Part shown: positions 1 through 13,199 of the stretch, one piece after another
Layout: each line of letters begins with the position of its first letter
How positions within the stretch are numbered: the stretch's first letter is position 1
Assembly (NCBI RefSeq): GCF_009914755.1
Contig: NC_060944.1
Origin: the human T2T-CHM13v2.0 reference genome, Homo sapiens
DNA length: 64,000 nucleotides
Direction: 5' to 3' (one strand)
Translations under genes and position numbers: made by a program
The notes under the pieces: model-generated
What the model was told of the DNA's origin: nothing
The model's database searches: none
The model's input: the letters and a program-made list of their open reading frames with translations, nothing else

Positions 1-190
1 AATGCCATATGAAAATATTTCACAGAAAAATCCAACCCCTCCCATTATAAATTGCCATGCAGGCTTCTTCTGGGTTGATTTCTCATCTAGTTATAAGGGC
101 CAAGCTGTCTTCTGGGTCTCTTTGGACTGAGTCTCTCAGGTTTGGGGTCTGACCTTGAGGGTGGGTGGGACAGATGTCACTGATGGTTGA

Positions 191-640
191 TGCCTTAGTT
201 TGGGTTGTCCCAGGTGCAGATTCCGAGACAAGAATTTGAGAGCAAGTAGTTTATTTGAGAGGTGACCTCAGGAAGCTCTGGCAGGGCTTTAGGAAGCGCA
301 ACAGGAAAGGGAGGAGGCCAATTCAGGGCGTAGTATTCAGCCAGCTGGTGCAGAGGACAGCTGGAGTTCAGTCCCATGGAGAAATCACACACAATAGAGG
401 AATCCCAGGAGCGAGGGACAGGGGGTATTTATACACCAACTCCTATGAGTTATTACTTGGGGGTTGTTGGAGGTGAGTGTTAATCCCCTGGCACCTCCCA
501 CCTGCCACAGGTGTGGGTAGAGTGGACTGCTGAGGTCATGGACAAAAGCCTGCAGGCAAAAAGAAGAAGATATTGGCAGTTAGAAGTGGCTCTGAGCCTG
601 CTGGAGGGTTCCAGGGCTATGTGGAGGGCACGAACAGCAT
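191..640. mobile_element. Ancient ERVL-class LTR (LTR33-like), degraded
   Basis: Begins TGCCTTAGTTTGGGTTGTCCCAGG..GCAGATTCCGAGACAAGAATTTGAGAGCAAGTAGTTTATTTGAGAGGTGACC, matching the recalled LTR33/LTR16-type terminus. Confidence 0.6.
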
Positions 641-2109
641 CTGCTCCCCTGGGGATGATGACAGGTGACACTGGGTGACTCAGATCTTCTTGCCATAACA
701 TGGAGACACATGGTTAGAAAGCCAGTCCATTGTCTCAAGGAGAAGAGTCCCAGTTTGGTGCTAATAATCTTAACACCTTTCCAACACTGTTCATCTCCAT
801 CTGGAACCAAGAAAGAGCCAGCCTTGGGCCTAGTGTCTTTGGTAGGCCGTCGTATGTACCTACCTGCAATTGATGATGTTGCTTTGGTTTCTACTTAATG
901 TTTTCCAATAAACTTAAGCATATAAAGTTTGCTGTTGAAATAAATTTATATAGTTAAAAAATAAATTGATCTTTAAAGTGTTCAATGCCATCCCAGGCTG
1001 CCCTCCATGAGACAGGTGGCAGGCAATGCCTAAATCAAGGGGACATAGTGCACGCTCTGCCATGGGCATCTCAGGCCTCTGCCCTCTGGGTTCCAGCCCC
1101 TCTCTAACCTGGTTCTCACTTCTCCCTGTCCACTCTATCCACCAAAGCCGCCTTCTCGCTCCCACTAAGTACGTTCTTGGCTCTGGCTTTGTTCCCACCC
1201 CACCCCTCTTCCCTCCTTTCTTTTCAATGTCCTGCTCGTGCTCGGAGGCCTGACTCCAACACCACCCCCCCCACCCCACCTGAGTCCCCGACCACCCCCT
1301 GCAACACACTCCCAGTGGGAGCTGAGGGCTTCCTGCTGGGGCCACCCCCACTCCAGGATTATTTCATGCTGGTGCTGTGCTATTGACTGTTGACAGGTGG
1401 GTCCCCCACCAGCCCCGGTGCTTTGTGGGAACAGAGTCCTGGCCCTCTCTGAGCCTGGCCTGGTGCTGTCTCAGAAGAGCCCATGGTCTGTGCTGAGCCA
1501 GTGCAAGAGCAGAGTGGACCGCAGCTTCCTCCTCCACGGCACTCCCGAAGCCCCTCGGGTGACTCCGGCCAACCAGGTGTTCCAGCAGAGAGAAGGAGGA
1601 TTATGGGTGTGACTGTGGCCCTTGTCCTTCCACGGCTCAGGCCGCACTGTGGGAGCTGGTCGCCTTTTAGCCTTTTAGCACTGGTCCATCCGTTTCTTTC
1701 CATTGCCCCGTGGAGTCTGTGGCCTTTTCTCCGGGTTCTGACTGAGACCAGAGTCCAGCCTGCCTGGGGGCAGTTGTACACTGCCTTGAGTGCCTGGTGA
1801 CAGGGTGACAGCACTGCCAGCGTCTCTGGGTTGGGTTTGGGGAGGCACCAGAGGCCTGAGCAGACGGCTGGGGTTGGTTATGGCTGCTGGGAAGGGCACA
1901 AAGCCAGGAGTGGGTGGGGCAGGGAGACCATGAGGAGCCTGTGCAGCCCGTTTTGTCTCAGCAGAGGGGCGAGTCCCAGTAGCTTCCCCGGGCCAGGGCG
2001 TCAGCTGAGTCCTGGCAGTGCAGGCAGCCCCCAAGCTGGGCATCTGGGCAGCAGGGAGTGGGGGGAGCTTCAGGGAGGACGCGGTGGGTAGCACGTGTCT
2101 CAGGGGACA

Positions 2110-2530
2110 CGTGTGCGTGTGAGAGGGTGACAGTGTGTGTATATGTGCGCCTATGAATGTGTATGTGACTGTGTGCGTGAGAGTGAGGGTGTATGTGAGT
2201 CTGTACATGTGTGAATGTGCGTATGTGTGTATGTGAGTGTATGAGCCTGTGTGTATGTATGCATGTGTGTGTGAATGTATGTGTGAGTGTAGGTGTGTTG
2301 GGGCCTGTGTGCGTGTATGTGTGCGTGAATGTGTGTAAGTGTAGGTGTATGTGAACCTGTGTATGTGTGTGAGCCTGTATATGTGAGCATGAGCCTGTGT
2401 GTATGTGTGTGTGTGTATGAGTCTGTGTGTGTATGTGTGAGACTGTATGAGTGTGTGAGCCTGTGTGTAAGAATGTATGTATGTGTGTGTGAGAGTGTGT
2501 ATGTTGGGCGTGAGAGTGTGCGCATGTGTG
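2110..2530. repeat. Degenerate (TG)n microsatellite
   Basis: ~400 bp of interrupted GT repeats; source of the His/Thr- and Cys/Val-rich ORFs. Confidence 0.95.
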
Positions 2531-3084
2531 GGAGACAGAGTGTCTGGAGGAGGCAGACAGTGGGATATGGGAGCAGAGAGAGCAAGGCGACCTCCAAGGA
2601 GAAACGGTGTCTGGGCGACCCTGAGAGCCTGAGATGTGGCCTGGGGGTTACCATGGACGGAAGGGAAGTAGGGGGTCAGGAGGACTCACGCTCTGGTCCT
2701 TGTCACTAAAAGTCAGAGCAGCTGAAACTCACCAAGCATCACTCACATCAGACACTGGTCTAAGCACCTTACATGCATTCTCTATATTTTTATTTAACAA
2801 ATACTTACATCGAGCTTGCCGTGTGGAGGCACTGCTCTAGTTGATTTACAAAACGAAACAAGAAGCGTCGAAAACACATCGAATCAACAAAACACCATCG
2901 TGAATTCTCGCAACTGCCCTGTGTGGGAGGCACTGCCGCTACCTCCATCTGCAGAGGGGTAGGGGAGCCTGGGAGCTGGTGGGCGGAGGGCCGGGTGGGG
3001 TGGAACTGGCATCTGCCTCCAGGGCTGGGCTCCTCCCATTGCTGATGCCTGGGTTTCACTGTGCTCGTAAAAGCCACGGGTCAA

Positions 3085-3300
3085 TTATGCTTATTACCTG
3101 TTCTGCAGGTGAGAAAACGAGGCACACAGGGGTGAGCAATTCGCTCAGCTTGAAAGTGGTAGAACCAGGACCCAGCCCAGGCCATGGCTCGAGACCCACT
3201 CTGTAATCACTCACTGGGGGCCCCGCAGTAATGAGCTCTTTGAAGAAAGGTGAGTCACTGACCTTGGCTGTGCCTCAGTTTCTTCATTTGCCAAGTGGGG
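3085..3300. mobile_element. MIR fragments
   Basis: MIR core motifs GGTGAGAAAACGAGGCACACAGGGGTGAG and GTGCCTCAGTTTCTTCATTTG. Confidence 0.65.
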
Positions 3301-3889
3301 CTCTGCTGCCCCTGCCTCTGCCCTGCTGACTTGCAAGAAGAGTGAACGAATGGAATTGGATGAAGGCTTCCGGAAACTTCCATCAGGAAAGCGCCCTGGC
3401 CTGGGAGAAAGCCGGTCCTGGCCGGCTTTGCCTGCAATGCCCTCAGTGGCCAGTCACGTCCCCTCCTTGGCCTGCAGGTTCCTCACTGGAGCGGGGGTGG
3501 CCCGAGATGAACCCTCAGATGCACCAAGCCCCACACCTTGATTGTCCAGCTCTGTCCTGATGGACAGGGGAGCTGCCTGCGGTGACTGTCCAGGAACTGG
3601 GTGTCTGGAGACGGGCAGACCCAACCATTTGAGGCTCGTTCTAGGAAGTGTGTTCAGTGTGGCCAAGCTTGGTGACTCTGGGGCTTCTGGAATGGTTCCC
3701 ATGCCAGAGAATTACAAAAAGATCCTTTGTACTGAGAAGAGAAAGTACAACTTATTCTCTTAGGGACATCTTCCTGGAGGGACACCAGACAAGAAGTCCA
3801 GGCCCTGGAATCAGATGCCCTGGGCCAGGCAGCTTCTGTCTCCCCGAGTTCTCTGCGGAGGCAGCACTCTCAGAAGATTCCACGGTTTA

Positions 3890-4700
3890 ATCACACTCCA
3901 GCTCTTTTCAGAGCAGCTTCTACGTGCCAGGCATGCTCTAGGCACCAGCGATGCAACTGTGGATGAAAAAGACCAAGGCCCTGTTCTCGGGGAGCTGGCG
4001 GGGTGGGAGGGGCAGTGAAAAACAAGTACAGCCTGCCCCCGCAAGTACAGTCACATAGACATATGTGTGTATGTGTGCACATATACTTGAAATATCAAGT
4101 GGCTGGAGGGTTTACTTTAGACTGGGGGATGTGGAAGTCCTCTCTGAGATGCGCCCCCTTTGATCAGAGGCCTGAAGGAATTAAATGAGTCTTCCATGTG
4201 CACATCCAGGGGAGGAAGTTTCCAGGCAGATGGACCCGCATGTGCAAAGGCCCTGTGGTGGAGTGTGCTGGGGGTGTTCTAGGAGGGTCAGCATGGAGGG
4301 AACAAGGAGAAGAGCTCGAGCTGAGATTATGGAGGGCCTCATGGGTCATGGCAAAGACATCTGGGTCATATTCTGAGATAGATGGGGTGGGGTTTGGCAC
4401 AGAGGACTTTATGTATTTTGCCTTAATATTTTAAAAGGATCCCTCTGGCTGCCTGTGAGCATGGATTGTGCAGGATCAATGCAGGGAGTCGATGTAGGGA
4501 GACCAGCAAGGAGGCGATTGCCACAGTCAAGAAGGGATGATGGACGCCCAGGCCTCCGTATTCGGAGCGGTGTGGCCAGGCGATAGCATGGTAGCCATCA
4601 TCACAAGCTAAAGCCAGCAGGTTTGGTAGATGGTTGGGATATGGAGGAATAAGAGAAAGAGAAGGGTTATGCTGACTCTAAGATTTGGCCTAATCGCCAG
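3890..4700 (-). mobile_element. L2 fragment
   Basis: GCTTCTACGTGCCAGGCATGCTCTAGGCAC.. and ..ATGTGCAAAGGCCCTGTGG..GGATCCCTCTGGCTGC, typical antisense L2 3' region. Confidence 0.7.
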
Positions 4701-5001
4701 AAGGTTGTAGGTGCCTTTTTTTTTTTTTTTTTAAATGGGAGTGACCGGCTTGGAGGGAAGATAAGGGGCATCAGAAACCTGCACAAACCTGCAGGAGTGT
4801 GCACTGTGTGACCCTGATGCCCAAAGGTGACCCTGGGGCCAAGCAGTGTCTCCACCCTTAGTCTCTGGGGCCCCTGCCCACCTGCAGAAGGGACCCTAAA
4901 CACTAACCTTTGATTTAAATCCAAAACATTCTTCCCTAACGTAAAGTTGCCCAGGGCAGTATTGGTTTCTCTTTTAAAGACGCCACCTGGATTCTATTCT
5001 A

Positions 5002-5963
<962 letters not shown>

Positions 5964-5979
5964 GAATTAATGGAAGAAG

Positions 5980-6265
5980 CCCGGCCTGGTGGCTCACACC
6001 TGTAATCCCAGCACTTTGGGAGGCTGAGGTGGTGGATCACTTGAGGTAAGGAGTTCAAGACAAGGCTGGCCAACATAGTGAAACTCTGTCTTTACTAAAA
6101 ATACAAAAATTAGCCGGGCTACTCGGGAGGAAGGCTGAGGGAGGAGAATGGCTTGAACCAGGGAGGCAGAGGTTGCAGTGAGCCGAGATCGCACCACTGC
6201 ACTCCATCCTGGGTGACATAGTGAGACTCTGTCTCAACAACAACAACAACAACAACAACAACAAG
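5980..6265 (+). mobile_element. Alu with internal deletion and (CAA)n tail
   Basis: Alu consensus match; start of right arm deleted near 6120. Confidence 0.9.
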
Positions 6266-6877
6266 AATGAATGGAAGAAGATTCCATGAGTACCCAGAGT
6301 GCTGCAGTCCCATGCACGAGATTTAACGTGGCTGCCACCTGTCCAGATGGGTTTGTGGGAAAGCACTACATCTGTTTAAGGGAGTTTGAATGTTAAAGAG
6401 GGATGTTCATCGCAGGAAGGAAATTACTGAGTCTGCAAATATCATCAAGTGGGAGAAAGACGGATGGGACATTTATGGACATGTAGTTTGTCCCAGTGAA
6501 ATAAAGCATCTTCAAACCTGTCTTTACTGGCATAGAAGTACTGCAGTGTCACCTAACAGAGCAGTTTACATCACAGTGGTGAGTTTCTGAAAAACAAAAA
6601 ACAAAAGAGTGCTTTCCACCCATCTATCCAGCTTTCTAAAGCAACCGCAATAAAATATGTTTTTGTGCGATGGAATTTACAAAGCACCTACTAATCGCAG
6701 AACCCTGGGCTAAGGAGAAGAGTGAAGAAACAGAGCTCATCCTCAGTGGGCCCATGGCTGGTGGGAGAAACACACGGACATAAATGGCACGCAGGATGCA
6801 GTGGGTTGGTGCGGTGAGAAAGGTCGCAGGGTCCAGAGAACGGAGAGGGTCAGAGAAGTCTTTTTAGGAGGGATTGT

Positions 6878-8220
6878 ATGTGAGTCAGCTTGCTATTGGC
6901 TGCAAGTGACTGAAACCCCTAATGAATCTGGCTTACGCAGTGAGGGAGTATGTTATCTCCCATAACAGAGGTGGACTTCAGGGTGGGTTGATTCAGTGGC
7001 TCTGCAACACCACCAGTCTCCCTCGCCTGTTGTGGGATGTCACAATGTGGCTGCCACCAGCAACTGGCACATGTCTTCTTGTCCAGGTGAAGCAGGAAAT
7101 TTTACCCGACCCCTTCACAGGTGGGACCTGGAGTATCGGAAGCTGGAGCTACCCGGCCACTTCGGTGCCAGCAGGGCAAACTCCACTCACTGTTGTGCTC
7201 AACCCCTTGTGGGAGGGAGCATGTAGATGAGCGGGTTCAGGAGCTGCGGCGAGTGCCTTTTGGCGCTGGCAGGAGCAAACTCTGTGCTGGCCCCACAGCA
7301 GCGTCTAAGGGAGGGGGGTACCTGCAAACCCGGAAACCCCAGAGGACGGGCATCACAGTGCTCTTTTAGCTTTGCTGTCCGCGGATGGCTTAAGTGTTAA
7401 ACAGCTCAGTGGGCCCTCTGCCTTTTTGCATGAGGTTGTTTCTCTCCACCAGCGAGAGCAGACGGTCAGTGTGACAGCCTTTAGTGTCCACACCTGTGGC
7501 ACCTGAGCTCTTATTTTGCATCCAGGAAAAATCAGGTCGCATGAACGAATTGGACGGTGGTGAATATGGAGGATTTTATTGCCGATGAAAGGGGAGATGA
7601 AAAAGGGATAGAGCGGGAAGATAATCTTTCCCCGCTGGGGAACATTCTCTTCATCCTCTTCGAAGCAACACCGTCAAGCCGTCCCTCTGAAGTCAAGCTG
7701 CTTCTCTCCAACGTCCAGCTACTTCTCCTCTTCTCTGCTGGAGAAGCCTGGGGTTTTTATGGCACAGGATGGGGGGTGGGGCGTGTCATGTGTGGTTTTG
7801 GAAAGGCAACATTCAAGTCAGAAAACAGGAATCCGTGTTCTCACTTCGGGCCATGGTTCCAGGTTTGAGGGTAGGACCCTTGCTGGGGACCGCCCTCTTC
7901 TGCCCAGAGTTTCTCTGCCTCCTGTCCCTATCACAGGTCCCCTGGCATTGAGAGAGAAATCACTCCTTCAAGTGTGGGATGTACTCCTTGTCTTCAGTAC
8001 AATTGGCCATCTTGGCCCATGTGTCCCTTCCGGGACCACTGACAATCACCAGGAGATTGCTGAATGTAGTAACTGTAGACTAATTGGGATGACCCTGAAG
8101 CTGAGGACCACGTCAGCATCCCCTGAACCAAGGGGCTGCATGGGGAACAGGTAGACACCAGGACAAAGTCAGGCTTCTGTCAGGAGGAGGAACGTGAAGA
8201 AGGATATTGGTTAGGCAGCC
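6878..8220. mobile_element. Old MaLR (MLT1K/L-like) LTR split by a younger LTR
   Basis: TTGGCTGCAAGTGACTGAAACCC.. start motif; remainder continues after 7937. Confidence 0.5.
7088..7933 (-). mobile_element. ERV1 solo LTR (LTR1/MER52-like)
   Basis: TG..CA termini, perfect 4-bp TSD CAGG (7084-7087, 7934-7937); minus strand begins TGATAGGGACAGGAGGCAGAGAAACTCTGGGCAGAAGAGGGCGG. Confidence 0.8.
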
Positions 8221-8704
8221 GTCTGAGCAGGGCTTTGGTGGAGTGGTGTGCTTTTAGACTAGCAGAGATGACAACAATTACTTTTTGCGTGCTACTCACT
8301 GAAATTAGAGCTTTCAATGCAGAGTAGAATCTTCTCTGTGCAACTCCCTTAACTCACTCCCCTGATGCTTCCAAGCCCTCCGTTCCTCTGTAAGTAGAGG
8401 GACAAGCCCACAGCTTGGGGCTATCTGCCACTCTCTGAAATGCCCATCGTGTTCTCTGCCTGCTGAAATTCAGGGGTTTGTTTCCAAACCTGTTTACTCT
8501 GGATATACCTGGCATTGCAATTGCAAAACTTAGTAAACATAGCAAACGGATAATTAGGAGGGGAAAAAGAAAGGGAGTTGCTGTTTTTATGAACACCAAG
8601 TTGAATTGTCTGGAAAGATCTCTTAAGGGCAAAAAGCTGAAAAAGAGATCAGAAAAATATTGAGAACTGCCCAGTAATTGCCCAATATAATAGTCATTGC
8701 TGCA

Positions 8705-9253
8705 GGCAGGGCACCATGGCTCATGCCTGTAATCCCAGAACTTTGGGAGGCTGAGGCCAGAGGATCACTTGAGCCCAGGAATTCAAGACCAGCTTGGGCA
8801 ATGTAGGGAGATTCTGTCTCTACTTAAAAAAAAAAAAAAAATTAGCTGGGTGTGGTATGCACAACCGTAGTCCCAACTACTTGGGAGGCTGAGATGGGAA
8901 GATTTCTTGAGCCTGGGGATTCGAGGCTGCAGTGAGCTATGATTGTGCCACTATACTCCAGCCTGGGTGGGAGAGCCTGTAATCTCAGCACTTTGGGAGG
9001 CTGAGGGGAGCAGATCACTTGAGAGGTCAGGAGTTTGAGACCAGCCTTGCCAACATGGTGAAACCCCAACTCTACTAATAATCCAAAAAAAATTAGCCAG
9101 ATATGGTGGCACCCACCTGTAGCTCCAGCTACTTAGGAGGCTGAGGCATGAGAATCGCATGAACCTAGGAGGCAGAGGTTGCAGTGAGCCGAGATCGTGC
9201 CACTGCACTCCAGCCTGGGCAACAAAGAGACTCTGTCTCAAAAAAAAAAAAAA
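8705..9253 (+). mobile_element. Two fused Alus inside one TSD pair
   Basis: TSD AATAGTCATTGCTGCA at ~8689 and ~9265; junction near 8975. Confidence 0.85.
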
Positions 9254-9319
9254 GGGTTGAAAGAAATAGTCATTGCTGCATGTGACTACTGAGCACATTA
9301 AATGTGGCTGATGTGACTG

Positions 9320-9785
9320 GACGTGGTGGCTCACACCTGCAATCTCAGTACTTTGGGAGGCCGAGATGAGAGAATAGCTTGAGGCCAAGAGTTTGAGACC
9401 AGCCTGGTCAACATAGCAGGACCCCCATCTCTAATTTTATTTAATTTTATTTATTTATTTATTTTGAGACTGAGTTTCTCTCTTGTTGCCCAGGCTGGAG
9501 AGCAATGGCATGATAGCGGCTCACCACAACCTCCGCCTCCGGGTTCAAGTGATTCTCCTGCCTCAGCCTCCCAAGTAGCTGGGATTACAGGCATGTGCCA
9601 CCACGCCCAGCTAATTTTTTGTATTTTTATTTTTTTTTTAGTAGAGACAGGGTTTCTCCATGTTGGTCAGGCTGCTCTCGAATTCACAACCTCAGGTGAT
9701 CAGCCTGCCTCAGCCTCCCAAAGTGCTGGGATTACAGGCTTGAGCCACCGCGCCCGGCCTCCATCTCTAACTTAAAAAATATTTT
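9320..9785. mobile_element. FLAM/Alu left monomer (+) containing an antisense AluS (~9435-9759)
   Basis: Outer TSD AAATGTGGCTGATGTGACTG; inner TSD CCATCTCTAA at 9425 and 9761. Confidence 0.85.
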
Positions 9786-11859
9786 TTAAAAATGTGGCTG
9801 ATGTGACTGAGAAGTTGAATTTTTAATTTTGTTCAATTTTAATTAATTTAAATGATTAAAAACTGATATGTGATTCAGTTATTGGAAAGCTTTTAAATAT
9901 GTTTGGGGATAGTTGTTTATGTGAATCTACTTTTTCAGCTGTCAAATTTCTAAAATCGAAATAGAAGTCAAGTATATCTGATAAACATGGAGGTGCACTG
10001 GAAGGGTAAAACTCACACCAGAGTTTGAAGACTTAGAATGAAAAATGTAAATGACCTTCATTTTTACATTTATTGTATGTTGAAATAATATTTTAGGTAT
10101 GTTGGGTTAAATAAAATATATCATTGAAATTAATTTATTCTGTTTCTTTTTAGTTTTTTTTTTCCTAATGCGGTTACTGAAACATTTTAAATTATGTTTG
10201 TGATTCACATTCTATTTCTACTGGACAATGCTGGTGTGGAAGGATCCTGCACCCGGATTGCGTGGCAAGTGTTTTCATACCCTCATTCCACTTCAAAGAA
10301 GCCAAAACTGAACATTGTAGAATTATATAAAGAACAAAGACAATGGGAGAATCCAACAGCAGGCCCACATTATGAAGAAAGTCATTAGCCCTGGCATGAA
10401 AATATTCGCCAATTATAGGAGAGTTGCATGTTTTCTTTTAACTGTATAAAGCTGTGAGTGTAAACGGGTTTTTTTTTTTTTTGGATTCCCCACCCACTTT
10501 AGCATATTTAGCTTTCTTAATGAGCCCGCTGCTGGTCCCAGCTGTGCTGGGTTTTCTGGACAGTTTCTCCTGGTTTTATGGCAGCCCTTGGAGGTCCGGG
10601 CAGTTATGACGATTCTCACTCTGGAGCTGGGGAAACAGGCTCAGGGAGGGCGCGCGACAGGCTGAGGGTCCCACAGGCAGTGAGCAGAGAAATAAGGAGC
10701 GGCCAGCGGGGGTGCCAGCCTCTGTGCCCTGGGATTCTCTTCTGCATTTTGTGTTCATCGCCTGGCCCTGGTGGCTGTACCTTCCTTCCCCTCCATGGGC
10801 CACAGCTCTGGCTCTCATAAGAGGATGGCCCTGGGGCTCCTGGATCTGCCTTGCCTCAACAGAGAGCTGGTTGTGTCTGGAGTGCAGGTGTCCGGAAGCC
10901 CAGCTCCCTGCCCTGAGGCAGGACAAGGAGTGGCTGTGACTCACACCCTGGGCTGGATTCCCCTGCAGGGTGGGCTGAAGCCTGCCTCCCTCCCTAAGGG
11001 GCTTGGCTTAAGGCCGCACCCTGGCCCGGCTTCCTGCTCTTCCTGATCCCCTCTCCCTACCCCTTTCTCGTCTTCTCTGGTGCAGATCCTAGATCCAGTC
11101 CTTGCATGAAGGTCCTCCTCTCAGGATCTGCTTCAACGGTACCTGACATAAAATAGGTGCATGGGACGGTGGGAGAGGAGCATTCAGAAACACGCTGGGG
11201 CTCCATACTGCATGCTTTTCAGACACTGGGGCGCTGGGAATGCACCCCTTGTTGCAAACCTCACCTTCAATTCCTGCCCCATGTAAAGCCTTAGGGAACC
11301 CCCACTCAGCGGACCCCTTCCCAGGTGGGTCCAGTCCAGCATCCCCTCTGCCCTCGGAGGTTCCCAGCACTCTTGGGGGAAGAATAGTCTGAGAGATGCT
11401 GTCCTGCTTGGAGAGTAGCCCAGCCTCTGCCGGTGGTTTCTCGAAGCCCTGCTCTTTGTCTTGGGCCAAAGTGTCTCCTCCTGCTAATTCCCTCCTAGAA
11501 ATCTCCTTTCGAATGTCCCTCTTTCATGTTAGGGTGGTGACTGGTGGCTTTCATAGAGATTTCCACACTCTCTTTAGAACAAATTGGTTCCAACACTTCT
11601 AACTGTGGGAATGCAGCCAAAATTCTGAGAGCCCTGGAAAAGTCTGGTTCACTGGATTCACTGTCTCAGAAGAGGACTTTTTCCTGGAAAGAGGCATCTG
11701 GAGCAATATTGGTATCAGGGCTGTCACTGAGGCCCCTTTTCTGTCAAGAGCACCATCAGTGGGCAGTGGTCAGTGGTGTGGGCCTGGTGCTGGCCAGGGG
11801 TCCTGGAAGTGGCTCCGCTGTCCTGCAGCCATGGGCCCAGGGAGCATTGATTCTGCCCA

Positions 11860-11990
11860 GCCCGGCTCTGTTCATCTGTGAGCTGAATCCCAATAGCATC
11901 GTTGAGCTCAGTGAGGATTAAGCAAGTTCATGCACCCGGAGAGCTCAGAACTGCAGTCCCCGGCCCGCAGTAAGTGCTGTGTGTGTCAGC
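11860..11990. mobile_element. MIR fragment
   Basis: TCATCTGTGAG..GTGAGGATTAAG..GCAGTAAGTGCT. Confidence 0.6.
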
Positions 11991-13199
11991 CCATCGTCGT
12001 CCGCTGGTGCCGGTCAGGGTCACAGATGAGCCTTGTCAAAATGCAGCCCGGGATCAGGGCTTTGGGCTTAGGAAGTGAGATTTCTGTAGGAGCGCTTTGA
12101 GATTTAGCCTGTAATGGGCAGCTTTGCTTCTAATCGCTCTTGAGAGACAAGCCATCAAACATTGGTTATCCCTAAACTGAGAGCAGAAAGGGCTGAGGGG
12201 AGGAACAATGGCCCTGGCTCCCCCTGCCATGCACCCACTCTGCCAGCTGATGACAGACGCAGACGGATGGAGGACGTTCCAAAGTCGAGGCTCAGGGCTG
12301 CTGCCTTTTCTCCTTCTGCTTCTTAATTTAAAAAAATTTATCCTAGAGTCTCCGTTACTATAGATTCCCTGACAGTCTGCTGTGGGCTAATCTTCAGGAT
12401 AAAGCATCACCTTTTTTGAGTGTTTTTCTCCTTCAGGTTTTTCTCTTTTATCTTGAAACCAGGAAGAAACCTATGCTCTCATTCAATGCTGGAAAATGCA
12501 TCCCTTGCTCATTTTTAAACCTTTTCATCTTCCCTTCATTTTCTGCCTAAATGTCTCAATTGTGTTTATCTTTCTCTTTCAGGGATGGCAGATGCTTAAG
12601 TACATGCAGGCTGTGAAGTGAGTTGTAAATAAGATATTGTTATTAGGACTATCCCTGATAAGAAAGGCATGTCCTCTGCACCTCTAATCCTGGGCCACTG
12701 CTATGCATCCCCACTTAGATGACCGACTGCAGTCGCTCAGAGCAATTGCAGAGGATGGCAAGGAATCAACCTATTTGGATGAAGACGTTTTGTGGGCGGG
12801 CAGAGAAGAAAACTCTTGAGAGAAGGAAGCATTGCCAGGGGCATGGGAGCCTACAACTGCTGGTGCCTCAGTCCCATCTTTGACCAATTCATTCAACAAA
12901 CATTTATCAAGGAATGTCTTTGTGCCAGACCCCATCCTAGGCATGGGGCATGCAAGAAGGACAGGTCCCTGTACCCATGGAACCCCCGTGCAGGAAGCAA
13001 AACAGGAAATGAACAATTAAACAAATACACAGTGTAATTTCAGATCATACTAAATGGTGGAAAATAAAGTGTGTTGATGTGATAGCAAGGGACTGGGGAC
13101 TAGGGAGCGTCCGGGATTGCTGTCTGTTAGGAGATCATATTTGAGTTGAGACTCGAATGCAGAGAAGGAATCTACTGAGCGAAAACTAGTGGAAGAAGC

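Larger units (their letters stand above)
8670..10233. mobile_element. hAT-Charlie DNA transposon (MER33-like) interrupted by Alus
   Basis: CCAATATAATAGTCA..CATGTGACTACTGAGCAC..AATGTGGCT and terminal TATTTCTACTGGACAATGCTG. Confidence 0.65.

Noticed and set aside
1194-1300. C-run cluster (G-quadruplex potential on the minus strand)
   Set aside because: Common motif with no supporting promoter or CpG-island context
1675-2709. His/Thr- and Cys/Val-rich ORFs (also 58901-59399)
   Set aside because: Translation of (TG)n microsatellites
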